Positions 1-11,606 are shown, counted from the first letter of the whole stretch. The stretch is DNA of 63,503 bases, filler included, from Octopus bimaculoides (GCF_001194135.2; 3 parts of 3 records of this genome joined end to end with filler, not necessarily neighbours in it), one strand, 5' to 3'. The notes: generated by a model not told the origin, from the sequence alone. Program-made: numbers and translations.

Positions 1-45
<45 letters not shown>
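1..45. repeat. (TA)n microsatellite
   Basis: Direct reading of a perfect TA tandem array. Confidence 0.98.
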
Positions 46-48
<3 letters not shown>

Positions 49-178
49 ATTTCTTTCAGTTTCACTCACAATGCTTTGCTCGGCCTTGCGCTATAGTAGA
101 AAACTTAAGCTGAAGTTGTCACACAATGGGTCTGAACCCGAAACCATGTGGTTGATAAGCAAGCTTCCTATTACCAGA
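46..178 (-). mobile_element. Degenerate head of SINE family A (tRNA-derived, internal microsatellite)
   Basis: Homologous to 13150-13290 and 33980-34133 (ttcagtttc...cactcaca..gctttg.tcggcc...ctatagtaga...ctgaacccg.aaccatgtggttg). Confidence 0.75.
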
Positions 179-487
179 AATTCCTACATCAATAATTTAT
201 AGAATTACATAATCAATAATTTATATTTTCTGAGAATCATCGAAGCTCCTTGATTCAGTGTAAAGTGGATGAATCCCAAACAAGCAATTCAGAGTTGCCT
301 TGGATAGTGACTTGACAGAGTCAGAGTGATGGGTGGAATACCTCACGTCATTTACTCTGACTCTACACACTCTGAGTTTAAATCTCACCGAAGTCAGGTT
401 TGTCTTCCATCCTTTCAAAGGTCCAATCTTATCGCATATACATTTTCACCCGTTCACGGAGGTAATATTTACGCCACAGAATCATAG

Positions 488-638
488 AAACCAGCCTTAT
501 GAGCCTATAGTTGAATGATCTGGAGCAACGTGAAATGAAGGGATTTGCTCATAAATCCAACGTATCGCTAGATCCAGGAATCTAAACCTCATTCTTATGC
601 TTATGAGTGCAGCATCTTAACTACTAAGCTACGAACCT
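488..638 (-). mobile_element. tRNA-headed CORE-type SINE (family C), degenerate
   Basis: Reverse complement aligns with 14508-14655: tagcttagtagttaag A-box, gattcc B-box, cttcatttcacgttgctccag CORE-like segment. Confidence 0.7.
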
Positions 639-1079
639 CTACCTTGCAGCCGTTAGAAGTAGATTTAACAAAACAAAACATATTAATCTAGGGTAGTGGA
701 TTAGTGGAATTGTTAGAGGATCGAGTCACGTGATTTTACAGTATCTGTTGCAGCTTTTTGCAGTCTCATAGCAACGCAGGTGATGCTTTCAGTAAACTGT
801 TGCCAAGCAGTATCAGCCTCAACCAGCAGCCTTCCTTTGCTAATCTTCCTCACAAATATCATACTCTGGCCTGCATCTACGTGTGTAAATGCATGATCGG
901 CATTTGCTAAAAGGGTCTCTATATAACTGCTCATAGAAGAATGTGTAAACGAAGTCAGTAAAATTAACTTTCGTTGTAAATTTATGGATCTCAGATGGAC
1001 GTGAAGTGTGAGGGAAAAGCGTCGAAAATAAAATATTGAACAAACAGTCATAATGCAATAAAGAAGGATTTGTCGTTGT

Positions 1080-1285
1080 TGACATTTAGCCCCAGGTGAA
1101 CTCTGATAGGTGCATGCCTATAGTCAAAATCGTTCTACTTGTGACCATCTCATCTTATTCTCAAGCAGTGTATCTAAAACTTCATTATTCAATATGGTTT
1201 CTCTTTCTTATGACTAGGTGGAGTGATATGAGGGAAATTTGGCTGCTATTATTTGCAGGTCAATCGAGCTCAGCTCGTATGTAAA
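1080..1285 (+). mobile_element. Unclassified interspersed repeat (family F; tttagcccc...tttggctgctat...gcaggtc)
   Basis: Similar degenerate segments at about 14815-14975, 33375-33590, 41468-41640 and inverted at about 42350-42510. Confidence 0.55.
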
Positions 1286-1529
1286 TTTATAAATCTGAGG
1301 TGTTAAGTTAAACTCTTCCTCGAGAAATATGAGCCCCATCTCGATCAGCATCCTAACCGCTTCATGAAACAGAAACCAGAGATAACTGGTGGAATTTAAA
1401 ATGAAATGCCACATAAATAACGCAGTTACATTTTGTAATGTTCACTGTGGCCATATATCATAAATCCATTTTGGCATTTCTGATTAAGTTAATTGGAAAG
1501 TAACTAAGGATGTGAACTAGAATTATGAA

Positions 1530-1860
1530 GGCGATTAATTGTAGAATCGTTAGCATATCCGGATAAAAAGCTGCACGGTATTTGTTCCGTCTCTGCGCCT
1601 TGAATTGAAATCCCTCCGAGATCAACTTTGCCTTATATCCTTTCGCCGTCGATAACTAAAGTACCAGCGCTGAGATAGATACATATCTTTCTCTCTGGAC
1701 TGCACCTGCGATTCAAAAGACCAGCCTTGTTGCATTATGCTACGCTGATTCGTGCTGAGAATTACTTTAGAGGAACTAATTATCATACACGTTAATTTCT
1801 CGGGTAAGAATTCGCAACAGCTTAATGCCTACTTCATCGTCGATACCGATGGAGAATCCT
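1530..1860 (+). mobile_element. Chimeric SINE: family B head joined to family D-type tail
   Basis: 5' part matches 58887-59030. The 3' part (gcacctgcgattcaaaagaccagccttg...cacgttaatttc) matches the reverse complement of 43010-43200. Confidence 0.65.
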
Positions 1861-2938
1861 CTACCACTAGAAAGAAATGTGAGCTCCTTGTGGCTGCTCA
1901 ATAAGCTTTATTCTTGTTATCTTAACAACTGTGTTTATAGTAAAGACTAATATTTCAGATGTAACTATAAATTTGCTGAAATTGTAAATTTATGCTTTAC
2001 ACTAGAATTCTGTTTTATTCTGTTCTGTGACCCAAACGTCTATAAACGCAATTATGTTTCTTTGCCTGTCAGTAATGTCAATGGCTTGTTATTCTATGGG
2101 TGTCAGAAAGCAATATATGTTAACTATCACCTATTGATTAAGCATGATTGCTATTTTAACAACTAATTCGGTAGTGGTTGAAAAACCAATTTAAAACAAA
2201 TTCGAAATGTACAATGTTCTCAAATATTTTTAATTAACCTGGAAGTAGAATAAACGCATAAATAACAGAGTTACTATGTTGCAAAATTAATTACTAGATT
2301 TTAGATTAATGCTGTGAATTCATATGGAGTCTACCATCGAAGATAATGGTGATTATAATACAGTTGATCACTGAGGCAGTGTGAGTTTGTCTCACATGGT
2401 TTGAAAAATGTTGGAAAACTCAAAAACACATCAGAGTAAATGTCTATTGATAAGACGTATCAGCCGATTACCTCATTAATACATATGTCTTGACTTTAAT
2501 GTTTAATTTAACCTTGTCCTGGCTCCCTTCTTAGTTTAAATCCAGTCGAGGACAACTTTGACTTTTCTCTTTTAGGAATCGACAAATAATGCAGAAGTCT
2601 AGGACAGGGGATTAGCAGCACTGCTAAGGTGCCGGACGAGATGCCTTTACGTTATTTCTTCTTAACTCTTCGTGTTCTCCTTTTCGAGTTTAATGCAAAA
2701 ACAAAAATACTGTGTTTGAAGCGCAAATGAACTGAGAATAAAACAAGAGTAGCATTGGTAGCATTAGGTCACAAAAAGACAGCTTATCAGAAGTGAGCCG
2801 GAGAATAAAATAGAAAGAAAGATTCATTAATTAATTAAATATTTTATCTTTTAGCATGAAACCTATTTACGGTTAGATGGACTAAGCCAAGTGAGATTTA
2901 AATGTTTAGGCTGAAGGAATTATTATGACTGAAAAGGG

Positions 2939-3925
2939 TAAGGCGGTGAGCTGGAAGAACCAGTAGCACGCCGGACGAAATGCTTGGCGGCATTTCGTCT
3001 GTTTCTACGTCCCCAGCTCAAATTCTGCTGAGGTCGACTTTGCATTTCATCCTTTCGGAGTCGATGAAATAAATACCAGTCAAGAACTAGAGTCGATGTA
3101 ATTGACTTCCCTTTCTCTCAAAATTTGCTCACCCTCTGCCAAAATTTGAAACCATCTTACTATAAAGGGTGGTGGATTGACAGAATCGTTAGAACGTCGG
3201 ACAAAATACCTTGCAGCATTTCTTCTTTCACTTTATGTTCTGAGTTCAAATCTGTCTGAAATCAACTATACCTTCCATCTTTTCGAGGTTTATAAGTACT
3301 TGGCGAGAACTGAGGTTGATTTTAATCGATTAACCCCCACCTCTTCCAAAACTGCTGGCCGATTGCCTACATCAGAAACAATTATTACTACACAATAGGA
3401 TCGTGGATTTGCAGAATCGTTAGAGCATGGGCCATAATAATTTGTGGCATTTGTGTCGGTTCTCTAAGTTCTGAGTTTAAATCCTGCGGAGGGTAATTTT
3501 GCCTTTATTACCCCTGGGGTCGATAAAATAGATTAACCAGTCGTTAGTATCGACCAGTCACTCCCGTCACATTGATCTATCATTATATATAGTGGTTTAT
3601 TTAGAGTAAAATGTATTTATCACAGGAACAACTCAGAGCCAGAGCTAAAATGTGAACCATAGATCATTTGACCACCAATACGACCTGCTTTTGAGCTGGC
3701 AAACTGAGGCTTTTTTTCTTTGAAGATTTTGTTTTCTATAATCGAAACGATAGTGTGGTCCATTAGCAGAATCGTTAGAGCATCGGACAAATACCTTGCT
3801 GCATTTATTTCGGTTAGCTTGCGTTCTGAGTTCAAATCCGGCAGATGATCATTTTAGTTTTTCATCCTTCTGGGATCGATAAAATAAAATACGCATCAAA
3901 TACTGGGGTCGATTGCTCCCTTCTT
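2939..3925 (+). mobile_element. Four consecutive head-to-tail copies of SINE family B (about 2939-3153, 3164-3360, 3397-3570, 3760-3925)
   Basis: Repeated gcagaatcgttag...aaat(a/g)c...ttctgagttcaaat...catcctt...tcgataaaat motif. A/B-box-like head of a tRNA-derived SINE. Confidence 0.85.
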
Positions 3926-4168
3926 CAAAATCTGCTTTGCTGTTCTGTGAAGAAGGACATTGTAGAAATATTCACTGTATTAAGTATCCTCAAGACAACC
4001 ACTTCCACTTGAAGAATGTGACTAACGAGGCCTTGGCAGAGTATGAGACGTACATAACTATCATTGTCGTTGTTGTGTGAATCATGATGACAACAACGAT
4101 GAGAAGAACAATGTGACAGCCTAGAGATAAGAAAAAATTGAATTTTGTTCCACTCATAATGTAAAGCC

Positions 4169-4176
4169 ACTGAAGC

Positions 4177-4267
<91 letters not shown>
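4169..4267. repeat. (TA)n(TG)n compound microsatellite
   Basis: Direct reading. Confidence 0.97.
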
Positions 4268-4270
<3 letters not shown>

Positions 4271-7106
4271 CGTGTTTGTGCTACAACTTGAAGGAAATAA
4301 TAATCAGCAACCAATGAGATTTTTTTTATTAAATCTCTGGAGCTCTTAACCAGAAATAAGGAATGGACAACTCGGACAATAAATTTGTTACTGTGTCCAT
4401 TGGTTAAGACTCCCGATTATACCAGTTCAGTTAACAAAATTTGTCTGTTAATCATCTTTATCGTTTTGTTCCCTACTCGAATTAGTTTAGTTAAACGCTA
4501 TTACAGATATTCTAGGTAAACAAGTATGCTATGCTGTTCCTTTTCTGATACGACAATACTACAACTAATACTGGTTCTTAATGCCTGTCGTAGTCTGTTC
4601 GATACCTGTATATTAGTATATATGATACATGTTTATTTATACTGTACTGTGCAAGGTACTAGTCTGTGCCAAAGTATCCGTAAACTGGCCTTGCGGCCGC
4701 AGGAGTTGTTGCTTGCAAATTAGTGCGGATTATAAGCGGTGCCAGCCCATCAGTGTCCGGAAAGTCAGTGTTATACCTGCATGACATTCTATATTGCCAA
4801 TGAAGGAACTTTTGCACAATTATTCGACCTGTTAGAAAAAGCAACAAATAATCCTTTTCATCACGCTATACAGTGTAAACAAGAACGAACTGGATAATGA
4901 TGCAGTTGTGAATTTACTGGCCAACAAAAAAACTAGATAGTCATGGTGGGAGTGTCTTTGATCATCGATTTACACACGAACTAATGAGTCTGTATCTATG
5001 AGTTCATTACACGAGAGTTTCCTAAAATAAATATAAGGACGCATTCGATAGACTTGTAGTCCGAGAAATACTAGCCTAGAAAAAAGATGAGTTGGTCATG
5101 ACAGGAATGCTTTCATAACAATTTCCTGTTTCCCACCTCTGATATGGAAGGCCGTCATCAAAACACAACAAGTTTCAACCTATATTTTATGTAACTAAGT
5201 CTTCAGATGCGATGTATCTCCACTCTTTTTTTTTTCTTTTTTTTGCTACTATTACAATGGCTCCCGATCTGCGAAGCTAGCTGGTTACATACTACCACCA
5301 CCCAAAACTACCCATCACCCTTATATCTCTCCTCACATCACTCATATTAGTCTTTAGTCTCCATCCGCAAGCCCCACATTCACCACTGCCCAATTCAATC
5401 CTTTCCTAATGTGTCAACATTCTAGAATTCTCCTCTCATCGATTGTCTGCTTTCTAAACTGAACATTACCTGCATTAGTCTGGCCAGTTTGGGAGGTCCT
5501 GTGCATATAATGGAGCCACTCCATTTCCTTCTTACTAAACCATTAAAGCAAAACCAAAAAATAAAATAAAATAAAAAGAAGTAGTGAAGTACCTTATACT
5601 ATATATGTTCTTCCCTTTTCATTAAGAGTTTAAGTACCGACAGAATCGACTGTCTCTCAATTTCATACCTCTTCTGTGTGTAAAATAAGTAACTGAGATT
5701 GAATCTTTCCATCAACGATGCCCTTCTGCAACAAACGCTTGTCCTTGTATCAATGCTAGAGATCAATATAAAACTTGTTTTTATTTTACACATAATGATA
5801 CTTCTAGGTTTCCATAGATTTCTTCAACTCACAAAATATTTCATTTTCCTCTACCACTACACAAAACTAATAAATCCTGACGAACTTCCCTTATAATGTC
5901 TTCCATACACACCATACACAAACAGACGCACACACACACATTTATATATATATATATATATGCACATACACACATACATGCACACACTTACACTCACGCA
6001 CACATACATCCATACACGGTAATACCTAGCTACCGCCTATCATTTTCTTATTGCTTCTTAATGGAATGAATTTTTTTATGCGCAACTAAAACATCACATA
6101 AAAAAATCAGAAAATAGGATTATGTGTATATAAAACATAGACAGTGGAATATTCCCTCATTATCATTTCTTGTTCATAATTTATTGCCTCGTGTTTTAAA
6201 GAAAAATTCCATATATAATGCTTAATGTTCGATTTTTTGAATCTTAGTAGAGTATATAAAGTTTCCTGAGTCTATTTCATCCAATCCTAATTTAAGAACA
6301 AGACACTTGTTTATTATACGGGGGCGGTATTATTTTTTTCATCTTCTCTTCGCTGCTTCGTGTCTGTTTGAGTAACAAAGAGATTAGCCTATGTGAGATT
6401 AATCGTATTTTGCTGTAATATTTGATTACAACCGTTTATTGACGTTTTCAAATTAGATAAACTATTAGCTAGATTTGATGCATTTATTAGAACATTGCGT
6501 TTTATCTATATTCCTAACAAGCATGAGCTGACAAATGTCCGTGTTGTTCTCGAAGGTTATTTAATCGAATACTGGATGGGACCTACAAACTTATTCAGTT
6601 CATCTTGTTTGCTTGTAATATTTAAATATGATTCATTGATTACTTACTCCCGACTGCTCTCAACACACTGCACAAATTATCCAAAGAGAAACATACTAAC
6701 ACAGCAAGGGGATAAAGATCCCTTTACGTAATAATGATCATGTTAAGTCAGTGAAGCAAGCGACGTATAACAAGAGCAATGATCTCAACTAGCAGAAACT
6801 ATGAACCTTTCACACTCTGGATGAAACATTTTCCTTTCACTTAGTCTGCCAATGCATTCTAGAAAGACATGAACGTCTCAGTTTTCCGATTTTAACTCAT
6901 TGATTTTGTCACAGTGACTTGGCAAATATTTGGTTAAGACTTTGTAAGAATTTCATTCTTCTGTGATTTAAGTCCAAAACCTATTGGCATTGAATTTTCC
7001 TTTCATCTCTGTAAGGCTTATAAAATAAGTACAAATTGTTTGCATGTGTGGAGTTAAACGGAATAGAAGTCCCCGCCCACTACAATAGGTAGCTATGTCT
7101 CTAGAC

Positions 7107-7400
7107 TAGTAGTTCCAAAAGTGGGCGGTACAGCTCCCTTAGGGGCGGTGAAAAGATCCAGGGGGCGTTGAAGAAAACTGAGGTGATAATGGGGTGACCA
7201 AAACGGGACAATGGATGTAAAAAATAAAATAAAAATAAAGGGTAATTAGGTTAAGTTTTATTTCTGAAATACTGTTGCTCTGAATTTGCTGCAGAAAATG
7301 GTCTATGTCTGTGATGGTGAGTGGTGCTGGTGGTGAGAGGCACTAGGAACGTGGCCTTAGAACCAGTGAGTGGCAGCCTGAAAAAGGCTGGGAACCACTG
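7107..7400. mobile_element. hAT (Charlie-type) MITE with 8-bp TSD CTCTAGAC
   Basis: Termini tagtagttccaaaagtggg / aaaaggctgggaaccactg resemble CAGTGGTTCCCAA TIRs. Identical CTCTAGAC at 7099-7106 and 7401-7408 fits the NTCTAGAN target preference of Charlie elements. Confidence 0.88.
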
Positions 7401-7494
7401 CTCTAGACCGAGGTAATAATATTTCATAAAGTGTGATGCCGTGAGTCATGCCAATAATTGCTACTTCTTCTATAACATATACGTATATGAGTGT

Positions 7495-7645
7495 GCATGG
7501 TTCAAAAACCTGCTTCTCAATTACAAGGCTCATGGTTCGATTCCACTGTGCGGCATCTAATTCAAGTGTTTTTACTATTACCTGAGGATGACCCTCAGCG
7601 CGTGAGTAAAATGGAGTGGATCGAAACTGCATAGAAGCCCGTTAG
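7495..7645 (+). mobile_element. SINE family A head, degenerate
   Basis: tggttcaaaaacctgcttctcaa...ggttcgattccactgtgcggca...gaaactgcatagaagcccg matches the family A 5' half. Confidence 0.65.
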
Positions 7646-7822
7646 CCGGCTGGATCATGCCAGTAATTCAATGGTCCAGCCTTCTCACACCGTCATGCTG
7701 TTTCCGCTCGGAAAATCATGTAACGGTTCACATGGCTGTGGAATATTCAACCACTTATACGCTAATTCAATGTTCTTGATGGTCCAGTTGTTTGATCAGC
7801 TGAAAAACTCGTGGTTAGAAAT

Positions 7823-7954
7823 TGTGGCCGAGGGGTTAGGGTGTAGGGCTCATGATTGTGAGGTCGTGAGTTCGAGCAATGGGCCCGGCGATGCGTTGTA
7901 CCATGACGCTAGACACTTCATTTCAGATTATTTTAATCAGCTCAACTGGAAATG
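7823..7954 (+). mobile_element. CORE-type SINE family C, degenerate
   Basis: tggccgaggggttaggg...ctcatgat...gagttcgag head followed by gacacttcatttca...cagctcaactggaaatg. Confidence 0.65.
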
Positions 7955-8035
7955 CATACCAGTCAAGTGCTGGTGCAGCACTTTCTCATTATGGTTGTCC
8001 TCGATATTCTGTCGAGCACAGGACAGGAGAATTAA

Positions 8036-8664
8036 GATGGTGTATATATCTACTTGTGACTACATAGGCTCCTGAAGGAAGTTCTACCGAGAACTAATCC
8101 ATAACTGGGGCCCTAACAGATACTAATACCCCGAATCAAAGCAGACCTAGGAACAATAGTGGCTGAGAGGTGGTTCCATATTTCTCAAAACCCTGTGAAT
8201 CTCGTATGGGAGTCTCAATACCGCATGCAGTTTCAAGTCATGCTCAGGACATACATACATACATACATACATACATACATACATACATTCATACATATAT
8301 ACATACACACGTTCGTACGTGCATACATACATATACACATAAATATATGCATACATGCGTACGTACACACATATACATGCATACATGCGTAGGTAGATAC
8401 TTACATACATACATAGATTCATAGATACATACGTTCGTACGTACATACATAGATATACACATATATACGTACATATATGCGTATGTACACACATATATAC
8501 ATGCTTACATACGTAGATACATGCATACATACATACATACATACATACATACATACATACATACATCGTGGATGCCAACTCATTGACGAGTATGACCATC
8601 ACTGATAAATTATCTCATCCCATGATGGTGAGTATATCTACTTGCGACTACATAGTCACCTGAA
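8036..8664. mobile_element. Unclassified interspersed repeat (family E) with internal (TACA)n array and ~40-bp terminal direct repeat
   Basis: 8099-8605 is homologous to 18756-18995. gatggtg..tatatctacttg.gactacatag...cctgaa occurs at 8036-8076 and 8624-8664. Confidence 0.7.
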
Positions 8665-8726
8665 ACAATTAGCGAAAGAATGGTACATACTACCAAGTCA
8701 TGCAGCGGATTCGATATTTATATAGA

Positions 8727-10328
8727 TACTAGCAGAGATACCCGGCGTTGCTCTTGAGAAAGTCACATCTCCCTTCTCTCTTGAGACTCTATTTGGTGTG
8801 CTACAGCATGCGTTTCGTGATCTTTGGAAAGTGTTATCTCCCTTCTGTGCTGAGACTCCATCTGACGTGCTGCAGCATGCCTTTGCTGATCTAGAGAAAG
8901 TCTCATCTCCCTTCTCTCTTGAGACTCTCATCTTCGGTTTTCTGCAATCCTCCTTGCTTTATAAGTGTTTCTAGAGAGATTACTTTCTACTTTAGTGGCA
9001 TATTTTTTTGAACATTCTAAACAAAAATTATGAACATAGAAAAAAATATACATTAATCTCTATTTTTGTAAGCAGTTGCATGTATGTAGTATGTCTGTAT
9101 TTTTGTATGCAGTGTAAATTAACGAAATATATGCAGATTGTAAATACCTTGCAACCTTGCAATTACTGCGATAATTATGAACTGGCAATTGAACGGTAGA
9201 TGTGTATATTTATATACCTTGGACCTGCCACCTAATTGTTTTTGTCGAGTGTTTCACCTCCAGCCGTTCTCGTCACATATGTATATGTATGTGTAGATGT
9301 GTGCGCGTGTTTAACGACGTACGCAACGGACTCTCAAACACATACACACTCACTGGTACACACACATTCTTATACAAAATATGATGATAACACACATACT
9401 CGCACATAAGTCCGAATACATATAGTAAGAGAGACTCATACATACATTTGCGCATGTCAGTCGTCATAGATGTATATGTAGATGTAGATGTGTGTGTATG
9501 TATAATAACGTGCCTAACGCGGAAACACACATACATTCACATGCACATACACACTCATACACCCACACCATACACTCACTGACACATACACACTCATATA
9601 CAAAATGCGACGTCGTCGTCATCGTGATATAAAATGTCCTTTACTATCTCATACGTATCGAACGTGCAAACACATACACAAACACATACACACTCTTATA
9701 AAATGTCCTGTACTATAGTTGACTATAGAAAGATTATGTCTATGAAATGTTATATTGTTTTAATCGAAATGAAAAATATTACATGTTGACAGTCGTTGGG
9801 TGTAATACTATACAGTATGAGATACACACGCAGACATTCATTCACGCATGTTAGTCGCCACATATTTATATGTATGTGTAGATATGCGTGTGTATGTTGA
9901 AAAATGTACCTAACGCGGAAACATATTCACACTCATACACATACACACACATACGCTCACAGCACATACAGTCATATACAAAATGTGACGTTATCGTTGA
10001 ACGCGGAAGCACACACTGACAAACGCATACAGACTCATACACTCACACACAAACACTGACAGACACATAACCCTAACCCTAACCCTCATATACAAAATGT
10101 GACGTTGTTGTAGTCGTCGTCGTGATGTAAAATGTCCTGTACTATATTTGACTATAGGAAGATTATCTCTATAAAACGTAATATTGTTTTAATCGAAATG
10201 AAAAAAACTTACATGTTGACACTCGTGAGGTATGATTCTATTACCTTGTAAAATTTGATTTGATTTGGTGGAGCTGTTTGAGAATGCTTTGGGAACAAAC
10301 AAACAGAGAATTTCATATATATATAGAT
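8727..10328 (+). mobile_element. Non-autonomous Helitron/Helentron-associated (HINE/DINE-1/Lep1-like) element with internal tandem repeats
   Basis: Starts tactagcagagatacccggcgttgc and ends acaaacaaacagagaatttcatatatatatagat, termini typical of this class. Contains ~67-bp repeats (8756-8935) and a ~430-bp duplication (about 9440-9790 and 9850-10215). Confidence 0.6.
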
Positions 10329-11263
10329 AAGGTAGCTGTCGGTTCGTTATCGAGTATGGCACATTTTGCACAAAAATTACATCTGCAGAGCCTCCTTGTC
10401 TTGGACTTTCTTATAACAAAGACATACATTTATATGATAAAGCGAAGACTTCTCTTAGACGCCGACGTTTCTTGAACAAGCAGACCGTGACTTGTTCCAC
10501 CTACACTACACTTCCATNNNNNNNNNNNNNNNNNNNNNNNNNNNNNNNNNNNNNNNNNNNNNNNNNNNNNNNNNNNNNNNNNNNNNNNNNNNNNNNNNNN
10601 NNNNNNNNNNNNNNNNNNNNNNNNNNNNNNNNNNNNNNNNNNNNNNNNNNNNNNNNNNNNNNNNNNNNNNNNNNNNNNNNNNNNNNNNNNNNNNNNNNNN
10701 NNNNNNNNNNNNNNNNNNNNNNNNNNNNNNNNNNNNNNNNNNNNNNNNNNNNNNNNNNNNNNNNNNNNNNNNNNNNNNNNNNNNNNNNNNNNNNNNNNNN
10801 NNNNNNNNNNNNNNNNNNNNNNNNNNNNNNNNNNNNNNNNNNNNNNNNNNNNNNNNNNNNNNNNNNNNNNNNNNNNNNNNNNNNNNNNNNNNNNNNNNNN
10901 NNNNNNNNNNNNNNNNNNNNNNNNNNNNNNNNNNNNNNNNNNNNNNNNNNNNNNNNNNNNNNNNNNNNNNNNNNNNNNNNNNNNNNNNNNNNNNNNNNNN
11001 NNNNNNNNNNNNNNNNNNNNNNNNNNNNNNNNNNNNNNNNNNNNNNNNNNNNNNNNNNNNNNNNNNNNNNNNNNNNNNNNNNNNNNNNNNNNNNNNNNNN
11101 NNNNNNNNNNNNNNNNNNNNNNNNNNNNNNNNNNNNNNNNNNNNNNNNNNNNNNNNNNNNNNNNNNNNNNNNNNNNNNNNNNNNNNNNNNNNNNNNNNNN
11201 NNNNNNNNNNNNNNNNNNNNNNNNNNNNNNNNNNNNNNNNNNNNNNNNNNNNNNNNNNNNNNN

Positions 11264-11313
<50 letters not shown>

Positions 11314-11323
11314 TTTTGTATTT

Positions 11324-11606
11324 AAGAGATAAGGAATTATGTACATTATTGACATTATTTACATTTGACATCAGGAGAGTATTCAAGACTAATACAACAC
11401 TTCACAAATATCTCCTTCGTGTAAAACCACCAATAGAAGAGACCAAAAACTGTATGTACTCCATCCCATGCAGTTGTGGTAGGTTATACAAAGGCGAAAC
11501 ATGTCACCCCCTCACAATAAGTGTAGAGGAACTTCGCAAAGCTGTGACACGATGAAATATTGATAAATCGGTTATAGCTGATCATGTATGGAGAAATGGA
11601 GACCAC
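11324..11606 (+). mobile_element. Penelope-like element fragment: GIY-YIG endonuclease coding region (pseudogenised) preceded by an inverted copy of the element's 3' end
   Basis: Translation FDIRRVFKTNTTLHKYLLRVKPPIEETKNCMYSIPCSCGRLYKGETCHPLTISVEELRKAVTR*NIDKSVIADHVWRNGDH matches the PLE VYxIPCxCGxxYIGET...EH...KSxIAEH pattern. Confidence 0.9.

Noticed and set aside
713-1051. 112-aa minus-strand ORF in non-repetitive sequence
   Set aside because: No recognisable motif, no convincing splice context, and its length is within chance expectation.
8099-8260. Repeated units (here and the 67-bp repeats at 8756-8935) as a CRISPR-like array
   Set aside because: Eukaryotic context, no repeat-spacer alternation and no cas genes.
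8147-8602. YIHT/MYVC-repeat ORFs here and at 17.6, 19.2, 21, 26.8, 44 and 58.7 kb
   Set aside because: Translations of (TACA)n, (TA)n and (TG)n microsatellites.
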